DNA from: Mobula birostris
Taxonomy: Eukaryota
DNA length: 64,000 nt
NCBI RefSeq assembly: GCF_030028105.1
Contig: NC_092390.1
Location: 20,198,427 to 20,262,426, forward strand
Direction: 5' to 3'
Positions 13,044 to 26,160 of the stretch are shown piece after piece; within the stretch, counting starts at the first letter, position 1; each line of letters begins with the position of its first letter. The notes under the pieces are model-generated. The model was not told the DNA's origin. It saw only the letters and a list, made by a program, of their open reading frames with translations, and ran no database searches. The translations under genes and the position numbers were made by a program.

Positions 13044-13853
13044 CAACAATGTTGGAAAATGCATGGTCATGTACTTTGGTAGTAGAAATAAATGTGCGGA
13101 CTGTTTTCTAAATGGGGAGAAAATCCAAAAATCTGAGATGCAAAGGGACTTGAGAGCCCTTGTGCAGAATACCCTAAAGGTCAAGTTGCAGGTTGAGTCA
13201 GTGGTTTGGAAGGTAAATGCCATGTTAGCATTTATTTAAAGAGGTCTATAATACAAAAGCAAGGATGTGATGCTGAGGGTTTATAAGGCACTAGTGAGGC
13301 CTCACCTTGAGTATTGTGAACAGTTTTGGGCCCCTTATCTTAGACAAGATGTGCCGGCATTGGAAAGGGTCCAGAGGAGATTCACAAGGATGATTCCAGC
13401 AATGAAAGGGTTATCATACGAGGAACATTTGATGGCTCCTGGTCTGTACTCACTGGAATTCAGAAGGATGAGGGAGGATCTCATTGAAACCTTTCGAATG
13501 TTGAAAGGCCTCGACAGAGTAGATGTGGAAAGGATTTTTCCCATGGTGGGAGAATCCAGGATAAGAGGGCACAGCCTCAGAATAGAGGGGCACCCTTTCA
13601 AAACAGAGATACAGAGAAATTTCTTTAGCCAGAGGGTGGAAAGTTTGTGGAATCTGATGCCATATGCAGCTGTGGAGGCCAGATCACTGGCTGTATTTAA
13701 GGCAGAGGTTGATAGCTTTTTGATTGGACATGGCATCAAATGTTATGGGGAGAAGGCTGGGAACTGGGGTTGAGGAAGAGAAGAAAAATGATTGAATGGC
13801 AAAATGATTCAATGGGCCAGTTGGCCTAATTCTGTTCCTGTGTTTTATGGTCT

Positions 13854-13955
13854 CTCTCTCTCTCTCTCTTGTTTTACAGCAGTTGGCATCCAGCTTAATG
13901 GTGCATTACCGCCACCCTCTGCTCCAGAATGTGCACTAGACATACATTCTAAATC
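13854..13955 (-). mobile_element. 3' end of an I/Nimb-clade LINE with 17-bp TSD
   Basis: Minus: gagggtggcggtaatgcaccattaagctggatgccaactgctgtaaaacaa(ga)n; TSD cctgtgttttatggtct at 13837-13853 and 13956-13972. Clade assigned from a recalled 3' motif. Confidence 0.7.
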
Positions 13956-14839
13956 CCTGTGTTTTATGGTCTTATCTACTAAAGATATAAAAGGGCCCAC
14001 CTGATGACAAAAGGGAGTTGCTTAACAATGTGATAATGAGTAATCAACAACAGCTGTGAATTTACAATTAAGCAGTGAGAGCTACTAATTAGAAATACAC
14101 CAGGAAGGACACAATACACTTGTTTCAGATACTATTTATGGTTTATGTACAGTAATCCCTAGATTACAGCTATTCTTAGAATTTGGGTTTTGGTGAGTAT
14201 TCAATTTTATTCAAGTGTATTCAATTTTTTATCTTTAATTGTTCTTAAATTCAATTTAGTAATCAAATCTAGTGACTGCTAAAGGTGTCCTTCTGGATTT
14301 GAATGTTTCAGTTGGGATAAATAAATACAGAACTCAGGGAAGACCCACTGCAATTGGATATAAAGGAAATCTTTCAACTCAGATTAAGTGATGTCAGCTA
14401 ACATCACTCCCCAGTACTGCTTGGAATTTAATATGGAAGGCTCAGAAACTATGGTTTAGGTTGTATTCTGCCACCCTTGGAGTGCAGTTATCTTGAGAGA
14501 ATAAAGTCTGTGGGAAAATCTCAAGACTGTACTGGCTTTTGATCTGACCATACAACATTGGTATAAATTAATTGGTATAAGAGATGCTTATAGTTTATAA
14601 GTTATTAGTGAGATGGATCTCAGCCGACTGGTATAGGGATTCAATAGCTGGGAAGCAGGAAAATATTTTTGTAGCTTTATATATGATTCCACCTTGGCAC
14701 GTTGCCTTCCTGGTGCCTGAGTCAAAGATGTCACTGAAGAAGTGCTGTGGAAAGTTGGAAAAATGGTAAGTGAGAGTAAATAAAGTCAAAGTGCGGAATT
14801 TAAAGGCACCATGCCTGAATGCTTGAAGCATTTGCAACA

Positions 14840-15175
14840 AGGCATTGATCATGTGGATAGTCAGAGGTTTTTTCCTGGGCTGAAATGGCTAGCACGAGAG
14901 GGCATAGTTTTAAGATGCTTGGAAGTAGGTACAGAGGAGATGTCGGGTAGGTTTTTCATGCAGAGAGTGGTGAGTGCATGGAATGGGCTGCCGGCAGTGG
15001 TGGTGGAGGAGGTGGAAATGATCGGGTCTTTTAAGAGACTCCTGGATGGATACATGGAGCTTAGAAAAATAGAGGGCTATGGGTAAGCCTTGGTAGTTCT
15101 AAGGTAAGGACATGTTCGGCACAGCTTTATGGGCCGAGGGGCCTGTATTGTGCTGTAGGTTTTCAATGTTTCTAA
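14840..15175 (+). mobile_element. CR1 3' end
   Basis: GIDHVDSQRFFP...FFMQRVVSAWNGLP...GSFKRLLDGYM plus CR1 tail. Confidence 0.85.
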
Positions 15176-15584
15176 GGTAAATGAATTAACAGCACAGACT
15201 GAATGATGATGCTGATCTCAGTTCCAGTATGGAATCGGGGATACAAGGTGACTAATGCTGGGAAATAAATATCCCACAATGTTCAATAATATTCCATAGT
15301 GATGGATGAATACATTTTGATACAATAAACTGGAAGATGAATTCCTGAAATGTATGTGAAATGTTTTTCTCGATCAATGTGTTGATGACCCAATTAGGAA
15401 AAAGGTTATTTTGCCTTTCATTTTGTGCAGTTAGGGAAAATTAATTGATATTCTTGTTGTTAATGGGCTATGGAGGAAAAGTAACCATAATGCAATAGAA
15501 ATTGACATTGAACTATATCACTTTAAAACGCAATGTGAAACTAGTATCTTTAATTTAAACACAGGAAGTGACCCAGGCCATATT

Positions 15585-15925
15585 TTCTTCTCTCGTCTGC
15601 CAGCAGGAAAAAGCTACAGGAGCCTCAGGACTCGCACCACCAGGTTCAGAAACAGTTATTAGCATTTAACCATCAGGCTCCTAAACCAGCACTCAACTTC
15701 ACTTGCCCCATCACTCACTTTCAAGGACCCTTCATCTCATGTTCTTGATATTTCTTATTTATTATTTTTTCTTTTTGCATTTGCACAGTTTGTTGTCTTC
15801 TGCACACTGATTACCACCCTATTGGTGTGGTCTTTCATTGAATCTATTATGGTTACTGGATTTATTGAACATTCCCCTAAGAAAATTAATCTCAGGGTTG
15901 TATATGGTACTTTGATAATAAATTC
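15585..15925 (+). mobile_element. Rex1/Babar 3' end
   Basis: FSRLP.GK.YRSLRTRTTRFRNSY motif, then typical 3'UTR ending gataataaatt. Confidence 0.7.
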
Positions 15926-16293
15926 ACTTTTTAAAAAAAGAGTTGGTTGTGGATCACTGGGAGAAGACATTGTATATTCAATGTTATAACCTTCAATGGT
16001 TGGCATTCAAAAAATAATGCCCAAGATTTAAAAAATCCTTTAAGTCCTAATAGGAAAAGTGATTCATTCATGACTGATGGGAGAAATTAAAGATACCATT
16101 GAGTCTTACAAAGTTGATGATTGAGAATAGGAAGATAGAAATGAGGGCAGAGTGGTGAGAACTATAAAAGTAGACTTTAAGAGCTTTTATAGATAAGTAA
16201 AAATGTACATGGGAGGGTTCAAACTAGACTGGCAGGGTTTGGAATCCAGAGCAGGAGTATGTCATGGGATAAAGCAGTAGGCAGTGAGAGCAT

Positions 16294-16832
16294 ATCTACT
16301 CTGGCCACTTTATTAGGTACACCTGTAGACCTCATTAATGTAAATACCTAATCAGCCAATCATGTGGCAGCAACTCATAAACACATACAGACATGGTCAA
16401 GAGATTCAGTTGTTGTTCAGATCAAACTCCAGAATGGGGAAGAAATGTGACTTTGACTGTGGAATGTTTGTTGATAACTGACAGGGTGGATTGAGTATCT
16501 CAGAAACTGCTGATCTGCTGGGATTTTCACACAGTCTCTAGAACTTACAGAGAGTGGCACAAGAAACAGAAGATCATCCAGTGAGTGGCAGTTGTCTGGG
16601 AGAAAATGCCTTATTAGTGAGAGAGGTCAGAGGAGAATGGTCAGACTGGTTCAAATTGACTGGAAGCAACAAATAACCATGCATTACAACAATGGTGTGC
16701 AGAAGAGTATCTCTAAACCCACAAAATGTCAAACCTTGAAGTGGATGGGCTACAGCAGTGGAAGACCACCAACAGTATATTCAGTGGCCACTTCATTTGA
16801 TATGAGGTACCTAATAAAGTGACCACAGAGTG
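16294..16832 (+). mobile_element. Internally deleted Tc1/mariner transposon
   Basis: TIR-like ends tggccactttattaggtac ... gtacctaataaagtgaccacagagtg|TA; HTH remnant GRKCLISERGQRRMVRLVQ...QKSIS...MGYSS.RP. Confidence 0.85.
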
Positions 16833-16844
16833 TATTAATCAGGA

Positions 16845-19800
16845 TAGACTGGTTCACAGTAAAGGCAGTGAAAGGATTACTCAGTTAAACTGCATTTATT
16901 TCTGTGCTTGAGGTTAAATGGGTACAGAAGACACACTCTTTGCTCTGAGAATTGGGATGTTATAACCATAACAGAAGCATGGCTGAGGGAAGGGCAGGAT
17001 CGAACGGACATCACAATATTCCAGGAAACATGCTACAGGTGTTGGGTATAGGTAAGCAAAGAGGGAGCATTGCCTTTTTGATACTGGAGGGTATAACAGC
17101 AGTACTTGGAGGTGATTTTCTTGAGGGATTATCCAGCTAAACCAGATGGGGAGAACTTAAGAACAAAAGAGGAGGGTCATTCTAGTGGGGCTATATTATA
17201 AACCCTCCACCCTCCAATATTCAGTGGAAACTTGGGAAAAAGTGCTTATGGTTGTAAGAATAGTAGGTTTGTATTGGTGGGAAAATTAAATTTCCCCAAA
17301 CTGACTAGCCTGCCCAGAGTGTTAGGGGCTTAGATGGGGTGGATTTTGTGAAATGTATTCAGGAAAGTTTCCTCAGTCAATATTATTAAGGCCCAAGTTG
17401 GGAGGGTGCAATATTAGACCTCCTCTGAGGAAGTGAGACAAGGCAAGTAACTGAGGCCGCAGTCAGGGAGGACTTTGGCTCCATTGAACATAATTCTGAT
17501 AGTTTTAAGATAGTGATTGAAAAGGATAGGTCAGGTTTATGGGTTGGGTTCCTAAATTGGATCAGTGCTGATTCTAGGGTTATTGGACAGCATCTAGCAG
17601 AAGTCAATAGGGTGAGATTGTTTCAAAGAAAAGGAACAAATGGCAGATAGAAAGGCTTTTAAATATGTGATAGCAAGTGTCCAGGAGCAATATGTTCCTG
17701 TTAGGGGAAAGGGTAAACCTGTCAACCCTAGCTGACGAGATACTGAGGCTCTGGTGAAGAAAAAGAAGGATGCAAACACTGATCTGGGCATCAGGCCCTG
17801 ATGGTGTACTTGGTAGAGCACTGAAAACGTGTGCCAAGCAACTGGCAGGAGTGTTCTAGGACATCTTCAATGTCTCACTGCTGCATTTGGAGGTTCCTAC
17901 CTGCATCAAAAGGGTGACAATCATGCCAGTGCCCAAGAAGAGCAGGGTGAGCTGCCTCAATGACTATTGTCTAGGTAGACTTTCATCTACTATGATAAAG
18001 TGCTTTGAGAGGCTTGTTATGGCCAGAATCAATTCCTGCCTAAGCAAGGACCTGGATCCACTGCAATTTGCCTTTCACCACAATAGGTCTATAGTGAATG
18101 CAACCTCATTGGTTTTCCACTTGACCTAAGATCACCTGATAATAGCAATACTTGCGTCAGGCTGATGTTTATTAATTACAGCTCAGTGTCCAATACCATC
18201 ATACTCTCAGTCCTAATGAATAAGCTCCAAAACCTGGGTCTCTGTACCTCCCTTTGCAACTGGATCCTCATTGGGAGACCAGAAAGTGCAGATCAGAAAT
18301 AATATCTCCTCGCTAACAATCAACACCGGTGCACCTCAGGGGTGTGTGCTTAGCCCACTGCTCTAATCTCTTTACATCCACAACTGTGTGGTTAGGCAGA
18401 GCTCAAATATCATCTATAAATTTGCCTATGATACAACTATTGTTGGCAGGATATGAAGTGGTGACAAGGAGGTGCACAGGAGTGAAATGGATCAGCTGGT
18501 TGAGTAATGTTAAAACAACAACCTTGCACTCAGTATCAGTACGACCAAGTAATTGATTGTGGACTTCAGGAAAGAGAAATCGAGGAACACACACCAGTCC
18601 TCATTGAGGGATCAGCAGTGGAAAGGGTGAGCAGTTTTAAATTCCTGGGTATCAACATCCCTGAAGATCTATCTTGGGCCCAACATATTGACACAATTAC
18701 AAAGAAGGCACAACAGTGGCTATATTTCATTAGGAGTTTGAGGAGACTTGGTGAATCACCAAGGACTCTTGCAAATATCTACAGATGTGCCATGGAGAAC
18801 ATTCTAACCGGTTGTGTCACCATCTGGTATGGAGGAGTGACTGCACAGGATCTGAAAAAGTGCAGCCAGCTCCATCATGGTAAAGAGCCTCTCCAGCATC
18901 GAAAACATCTTCAAAAGGTGATGCCTCAAAAGTGTGGCATCCTTCATTAAGGACCCCCCCATCACCCAGGACATGCCCTCTTCTCATTGTTATTATCACA
19001 GAATGAGGTATACATTTAATGTTTTAGGAACAGCTTCTTCCCTACCACCATCAGATTTCTGAATGGACGATTAAACCATTTACATCATCTCACTTTTTTC
19101 TTTTATTACACTCTTTTTGTACTTAAAAATTTTATATGTTGTAAATTATAGTTCTTAAATTGTGTATTGCATTGTACTGCTGTCACAAAACAACATATTT
19201 TGTGATATATGCTAGTGGTATTAAGCAAGATTCTGATTCAGGGTTTGGGAAGGGAGGTCAGGGATGAATGAATCCCTCAATCACTATTAAAAGATTAAGA
19301 ATACACTTTGAGGTAAATCAAGAGAACAAAGAGGGAATATGACTTGATCTGGCAGGGAAGGTTAAGGAAAATCCCAAGAGTTTCTTAGTTATATTAAGAG
19401 TAAAGGGGTGGCTAGGGAGAGAGTAGTTCCCCTCAGAGATCAGCGGGGCCCCCTGTGTCTTGGGCTGCTGGAGATGGGAGGGATCTTTAATTACTATTTC
19501 TCCTTGGTGTTTATTAAGGAGAAATTCAAGGTTGTTCAAGAGATAAGGGAAACAAGTGAGATGGTTTGGAGGACATTCATTTTACCAGGGAGAAGGTACC
19601 TAAAGCCTTACAATGTTTTAAGGTTGATAAATCTCAAGGGCCTGACCATGTGCATCAAACCTTGTGGGAGGCCAGTGAGGCCAAAGACAACTCACTTCAT
19701 TGTTAACCAACACTGAAGTTTCCGAAGACTGGAAGGTGACCGATGTTGCTCCCTTATTTAAGAAGGGACAAGCCATGGAACTACAAGATGGTCAGCCTGA

Positions 19801-21475
19801 CACCAGTGGTGGGGAGGTTACTGGAGGGATTTCTGAGGGCCAGGATCTACAGGATTGCGACAGTCTGATCAGGGGGAGTCATCGTGGCTTTGTGTGGGGG
19901 AAGTCATGCTTGACGAATTTGTTAGTGTTTTTGAAGAGGTAACCAAAAAGGTAAATGGGGATATGGCAGTGGATTGAATAAGGACTTCGACAAGGTCCTG
20001 CATGGTAGGCTGGTCTGGAAGATTAAGTACTATGAATCCAGGGAGAGATAGTTAGGTGAATTCAAAATTGGCTCGAAGGTAGGAAGCTAAGGGTGATAGA
20101 TGAAGGTTGTTTCTCAGAATGGAATCCTGTGACTAGTGGTGTGCTGCAGGGGTTAATATTGGGACCCTTGTTCATTTTTATATAAATGATTTGGATGTGA
20201 ATGCACAAGGCTTGATCAGTAAGTCTGGGGATGACATAGTGATGTTTATTGTACATTACAAGGGAATGTTGATCAGCTAGGACAGTGGGCTGAGGACTGG
20301 CATATGAGTTCAATGAAGTGTGAGGTGAGGCATTTTAGAAAGTCATACCAATGTGAATTTATATTATGAATGAGAGGCACTAGAGAGTGTCATGGAACGG
20401 AGACAGGAATACAAGTGCACAGTTCATTGAAAGTGACCTCACAGGTAGAGTGCTGAAAAAGCATTTAGCACATTAGACAGGGCACTGAGTATAGGAGTTG
20501 GAACATTATAAACACGAGAAATTCTGCAAACGCCATAAATCTAAAGCAACACACTCAAAATGTTGAAGGAACTCAGCAGGTGAGACAGCATCTACGGAAT
20601 TGAATAAACAGTCGATCTTTTGAGCCGAGACCCTATATTGCAGTTGTATAAGTTGTTGGTGAGGCTGCACTTAAAGAGTACAATGTACAGATTTGGTCAC
20701 CCAATTATAAGGCAGATGTGATTAAACTAGAAAGAGTACAGGAATTTTTAAGACCATAAGATATAGGAGCAGAAGTAGGCCATTTAGTCCATTGAGTCTA
20801 CTCTGGCATTCAATCATGGGCTGATCCAATTCTTCCAGTCATCCCCACTCCCCTGCCTTCTCCCCATACCCTTTGATGCCCTGGCTAATCAAGAACCTAT
20901 CTATCTCTGCCTTAAATGCACCCAATGACTTAGCCTCCACAGCTGTTCGTGGCAACAAATTCCACAGATTTACCACTCTCTGACTGAAGTAATTTCTCCC
21001 TATCAATTAATGAGGATATTCCCTGGTTTAGAGGGCCTGAGTTTTAGGGAAAATTTGGCTAGGCTAGGATTTATTCCTTGGAACTTGGGAGAATGAGGGC
21101 CGACCTTAAGGAAATGTTTAAAGTTATGAGATGCATGGATACGGAGGACAGTAACAGTCTTTTACTCAGGGTAGGAGAGTCCAAAGCAAGGGGACCCAGG
21201 TTTAGGGAGAGAGCATAGAAATTTAAAAAGGACCTGAGAATCTACTTTTTCAGTGCAGAGAGTGGTGAGTATTTGGAATGAGCTGCCAGAGAAGGTGATT
21301 GAGACAGGGACAATAGTATTATTTAAGAAGCAGTTGGATAGGTACATGAGGGGCAGGGCTTAGCGGGATATGAATCAAACACGGAAAATTGTGACTAGCT
21401 GGGTGGGCATTGTGATTTGCAAGGACTCATTGAGCCGAAGGGCCTGTGTCTGTGCTGTATTATTCTATGTCTCTA
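16845..21475 (+). mobile_element. Decayed CR1 ORF2 interrupted by Rex1 (17780-19240), a Penelope pLTR piece (~20510-20635) and an antisense CR1 3' end (~20750-21000)
   Basis: APE/RT remnants (EDWKVTDVAPLFKKG, GKSCLTNL, FDKV, GPL) collinear across the insertions; tail at ~21470. Confidence 0.8.
17780..19240 (+). mobile_element. Rex1/Babar non-LTR retrotransposon (RT and 3' end)
   Basis: VPTCIKRVTIMPVPKK..SCLNDY..KCFERLV..LDPLQFA; GAPQGCVLSP; VERVSSFKFLG; tail gattctgattc. Confidence 0.9.
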
Positions 21476-22159
21476 AGTGTGGGCCCCTTACAGACAGAGA
21501 GAAGAGGATTTATAAAGAATAAGAAAATAGAAGAAATAAGCAATTACTTTTGTCTAACTTCATAGAAAAGACTCAACAAAACCTGCCACATATATTAGAA
21601 AATCAAAGATCTAGTCAGGATAAATAACTTAGTATTAACCAAATAACAGTGATATCCCAACAACCTGATTATTTGCATTCCAAAATAGCTTTAGAGATGG
21701 GGAATGTACTGTACATCACCTTCCAAGATTTTGTAGGTTCTGAAAATGTTCCTATGGTTTACCTGATATCAGATATGATCCCATTACTTAAGAAAAGGTG
21801 AGGGGAAATGGAAAACCTCAGTATTGGGGAAAGTGGTGCAAAATCTATAATGAAATATGTAATAAAAGTAGAATTTAGCAAAATCAACATCCATTTATGA
21901 ACTAAAATCACATTTGACTGATCTTTTGATATTGTTTGGAGGTATGACTAGCAGGATAAATAAGGAGGAAACCAATGAATGTGGTATATTTGGATTTTAG
22001 GAATGACCCACTTGGGGTTACCTATTTAGTCCGTGAGCCAGGACCACAAATTTGGGCCACCGGTACCATCTGGGGGAATAATTGTTATAGTGATTTTTGG
22101 CAAGGTATACACCCCTAGTGCTAGACAATATGTGATAGCATTGCAGCGGTGGTAGCTTT

Positions 22160-23135
22160 CTGTGAGGGGGACTGGGAGTTGCACCTCCATGCTATAAGAA
22201 CCATGATCCCATGGTGCTTTGCCTATGATAAGATGAATTATGCCAGGTACCCGTCCCCTTACTTTGCTCAGATGCTGAACCTCTCAGAGAAGAATCCTTA
22301 GGTGTATGAGGCCTTCAAGACAGGCCAATTCTCAGTGCAGCTGTCAAGTAACAACCCCTTTGGGCAGATCCCTGTGGACCAGGCTATTGAAGCCACAGTG
22401 AACAAAGCCACACAGACTCCTGGAGGCACATCACGGTTCAGCCTGAACACTGGAGCTATCAAGTGTTACTACATAACAGCTGAGCACCACAGTGCATTCC
22501 TGGGACAGTTAAGGGAGATGGTGCAAGGCAACAAATCAGAGCTTTGTCATGCGGAGCCACAGCGGCCAAGAATCCAGAAAGATGAGGAAGCAGTTTCAGC
22601 AGTGGTTAGCCTCATACATGAATGGGTCAACCCATTTGCAGAGAAGCGGGACCTCATTAGCATCTCTACAGCAAAAGGCAGCCCCCAAGGACATTGCCTC
22701 CAACCTGATGAAGGCATGTGAGATTGGTGAGCAATGCTATGCAACCTTCAAGGATGAGAGACTAGAGGAAGACCCACCAGCAAAGAAATTCCATGACCCA
22801 ATAAAAGCCAACAAGCTGAAAACATTCAGTGATATGTGTAAGAAGAGAGAAGTGAAATCAAATGGGAGGGCAATCATCTTGAAAGCAGACAGGTCTTTGT
22901 TTGGACGCATCATAGTGATGACACAAGGGCGCAGTCTACATATGGAGGATATCCTTTCTCATCCCCTTGGACCATTGCCCTGGGCCCTGTCCACACCAGA
23001 AGGATTGCTGAGAAAGACAAATAAAGCTACTTTAGCCACAACCTTGCAGAAAAATGTAGCAGTAGAAGAGCAACTCACAGGAAACTCTTCTACAGTGGTT
23101 GATGGAATGAACTTGGTCCAGAGAGTGAAAGATGA
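22160..23135 (+). mobile_element. Fragment of a large DNA-transposon protein, Academ-like
   Basis: EGDWELHLHAIRTMIPWCFAYDKMNYARY...IPVDQAIEATVNK..QTPGG...KADRSLFGRII...LSHPLGPLPWALSTPEG.LRKTNKA...VVDGMNLVQ (start of a PIN/XPG-like motif); one stop and one frameshift. Confidence 0.65.
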
Positions 23136-23960
23136 CTAAAAAAGATGAGGTCAGAGTAAGAAGGTGGGGGAGAAGTGATAGGTGAAACTGGGAGAGGAGG
23201 AGGGCTGTAGTAAGGAGTTGGGAAGTTGATTGGTGAAAGAGATAAATGGCTGGAGAAGGGGGAATCTGATAGGAAAGGGTAAAAGGAAGGGAAGGAGAGC
23301 AAGCAAGGGAGGTGATGAGCAGGTAAGAAGGTGAGAGAGGGAAATGAGAATGGGGAATGGGGGGTGGGGGTTAGTTACTGGAAGATTGAGAAATCGATGT
23401 TCTTGCCATCAGGATGGAGGCTACCCAGATGAAATATAAGGTATTGCTCCTCTAACATGAGAGTGGCCTTATTGCAGCAGTAGAGGAAGCTATGGAGTGA
23501 GGAATGGGAAGGAGAATTGAAACAGGTAGCCAGCAGGAGATCCTGCTTTTTCTGGTGGACAGAACATAGGGGCTTAGTGAAGTGGTCTTCCAATCTACAT
23601 CAGGTCTCACTGATATACAGGAGGCCACACCAGGAGCACCGGATACAGTAGATGACCCCAACTGACTCACAGGTGAAGTGTTGCCTCCTCTGGAAGGGCT
23701 GTTTGGGGCCCTGAATGGTAGTGAGGGAGCAGATGTAGGGACAGGTGTGGCACTTGTTCTGCTTGCAATAGTAAGTACCAGAAGGGAAATCAGTGGGGAG
23801 GATGAGTAGACAAGGGAGTCTTGTAGGGAGTGATCCCTGCAGGAAGCAGGTATTGGGGGAGAGGGAAAGATGTGCCTGGTGGTGGGATCCATTGGAGGTG
23901 GCGGGAGTTGTGGAGAATTATGTACTGGATGTGGAGGCCAGTGAGGTGATGTGTGAGGGC
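23136..23960 (-). mobile_element. Penelope-like element (Neptune type), GIY-YIG end plus pLTR
   Basis: Minus frames give a CKQNKCHTC linker and GVIYCIRCSWCGLLYISET; EEQYLIFHLGSLHPDG.NIDFS. Confidence 0.85.
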
Positions 23961-23964
23961 AAGA

Positions 23965-25570
23965 TTCCATTCATTGGTCCCCCATTACTAACTCTCCAAT
24001 GAATTTTCCTGTGGTCCCATATCCACTCTTAACTCACATTTATATAATCTTAAAAACATTATTTTGGTATGCGCTTTTATTTTATTGGCTAGCTTTCCTT
24101 CAAATCTCATCTTTTCTCTCCTTATGATTTTTTAAGCCGCTTTCTGTTGGTTTTTTAAAAAACTTCCCAAACCTCTAACTTCCCACTAATTTTTGCTATA
24201 TTATTTGCCCTCTCTTTTGCTTTTTTGCTGTCCTTGACTTCCATTGTCAGCTATGGTTGCCTCATTCTCCCTTTACAATACTTCTTCATCTTTAGGATGT
24301 ATCTATCCTGTGCCTTCCGAATTGCTGCCAGAAACTCCAGCAATTGTTGTTCTGCTGTCATCACTGCTAGTGTCCTCTTCCAATCAACTTTGGCCAGCTC
24401 CTCTCTCATGCCTCTGTAATTCCCTTTACTCTACTATAATACTGATACATCTTAATTTATCTTCTACCTCTGAAACTGCATGGTGAATTCCAGCATATTA
24501 TGATCACTGTCTGCTCCTTAGGGTTCCTTTGCCTTAAGCTCCCTAATGAAATCCGGTTCATTACACAACACCCCACCCAACCTAGAGCCACCCACACTCT
24601 CTGCCTACCTGCCTGTCCTTTTGATACAATGTGTATCCTTAGATGTTAAGCTCCCAACAATGATCTTTTTATAGCCAGGTCTCAGAGATGCCCACAATAT
24701 CATCCCTGCCAATCTCTAAATGCACTACAAGATCATCTACCTTCTTCCATATACTGTGTGCATTCAAACACAACACCCTCAGTGCTGTATTCATCACCTT
24801 TTCAACTTTTCCCCAATGTTACACTTCAACTCATCCCACTGACTACGGTTTTGCCTGATCATCAGCCTGTCCTTCCTCACAGTCTCACTACACACTGCAT
24901 CTCGTTGTATACCAATTGCCCCATCCTCAGCCCTATCACTCCAGTTGCCATCCCCTTGCCATATTAATTTTAAAACTCTCCAGCAACTCTAGAAAAACTG
25001 CCTGCAAGGATATTGGTCTCCTTTGAATTCAGATATAACCCATCCTATTGTACAGGTCATACCTTCCCAAGAAGAGATCCCAAATGATCCAGAAACCTGA
25101 AACCCTGCCCTTGCACCCTTCTGCCAAATCATCCTATTCTTGCCCTCACTGGTGCATAGCATAGGTAGCAATCCAGAGATTACTACTCTGCAAGTCCTGC
25201 TTGTCAACTTTCTACCGAGCTTCCTATATTATCTCTTCAGGATTTCCTACCTACAGCATGTCACTGGTACCAATATGTACCAAGACTTCTGACTGCTCAC
25301 CCTCCCGATCTGAGACATCCCTGACCTTGGTACCTGGGACATAAGATACCATCGGGGTGTCTTTTTCACATCCACAGAATCTCCTGTCTGCTTCTCTAAC
25401 CATGGAATCCCCTATCACCACTGTGCTCCTCTTCTCCCCCTTCCCTTCTGAGCCCAGAGCCAGACTCAGTGCCAGAAACCCAGTCTCTGCGGCTTCCCCC
25501 TTGTAGGTTGTCCCCCAGTGGTATCCAAAGTGGTATACTTATAATTAAGGGGAATGCCCACAGAGGTACT
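23965..25570 (-). mobile_element. CR1 LINE 5' part (ORF1 esterase plus deleted ORF2)
   Basis: RVVISGLLP (ORF 24989-25207), GDS and GTxD blocks; APE remnants. Confidence 0.8.
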
Positions 25571-25694
25571 CTGTACTAGCTTCCTTAAAGTAGTCACAGC
25601 TGGGATGGGGAGGGAGGGGGCATACAAGCAGTAGTGGGAATAAGGTCCCACTATCTATTAAATTCTCCCAATGGCATGCTTATTAAATAGCCTT

Positions 25695-26160
25695 TGACAA
25701 TCAAGGCCCACTCCTGGTCTTCACCTGTGGTTTAGCTACTAAGCCCAGCTTAACCATTTCTACTGACAGGAGAAGGGGCAGAGGCAGGTTACTGGCGCCT
25801 TAAAACCAGTTGCTCTGGGCAGATGGGACTTGTCAGCTGTGGTTGGCAGCTCACCTAGGAGAAGGAACACTCTGACCTCAGACTCCTGTTGCCTTGTGAC
25901 TGTACCCACTCATCGGGAAGGCTTCGAGAGTAAACCCCAAAGAAAAATCTGGAGCTGGAGTCCCTGAGGCAGTCCTACACCGAGTCAATGCTGACTGGCA
26001 ACTCCTGTGACACAGCTGGTGCCAAACTGTACTGGCCTCTGATGTTCCTCTGGGGGGCGGGGAGCTTGCTACAAGGGCAACAGCTTGCTCTCCATATCAT
26101 ACTGCCTGGCTTGCCTATCATATAGACAGCTAGGGTGCAATATCTATGGCCAACACTAAA
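25695..26160 (+). mobile_element. RTE-related non-autonomous retroelement
   Basis: Contains gcagctcacctaggagaaggaacactctga, resembling the conserved RTE 5'UTR motif; no ORF. Confidence 0.5.

Larger units (their letters stand above)
10402..13853 (+). mobile_element. CR1 LINE: ORF1 3' end plus nearly complete, frameshifted ORF2
   Basis: ORFs 11219-11536 (APE, VMGDFN), 12384-12965 (RT: QHGF, KAFDKV, GVPQGSVLGP, FTDD) and 13267-13773; CR1 3'UTR. Confidence 0.95.

Noticed and set aside
12384-13773. Active reverse transcriptase gene or retron-like system
   Set aside because: Frameshifted CR1 ORF2 with stops and a nested insertion; non-functional.
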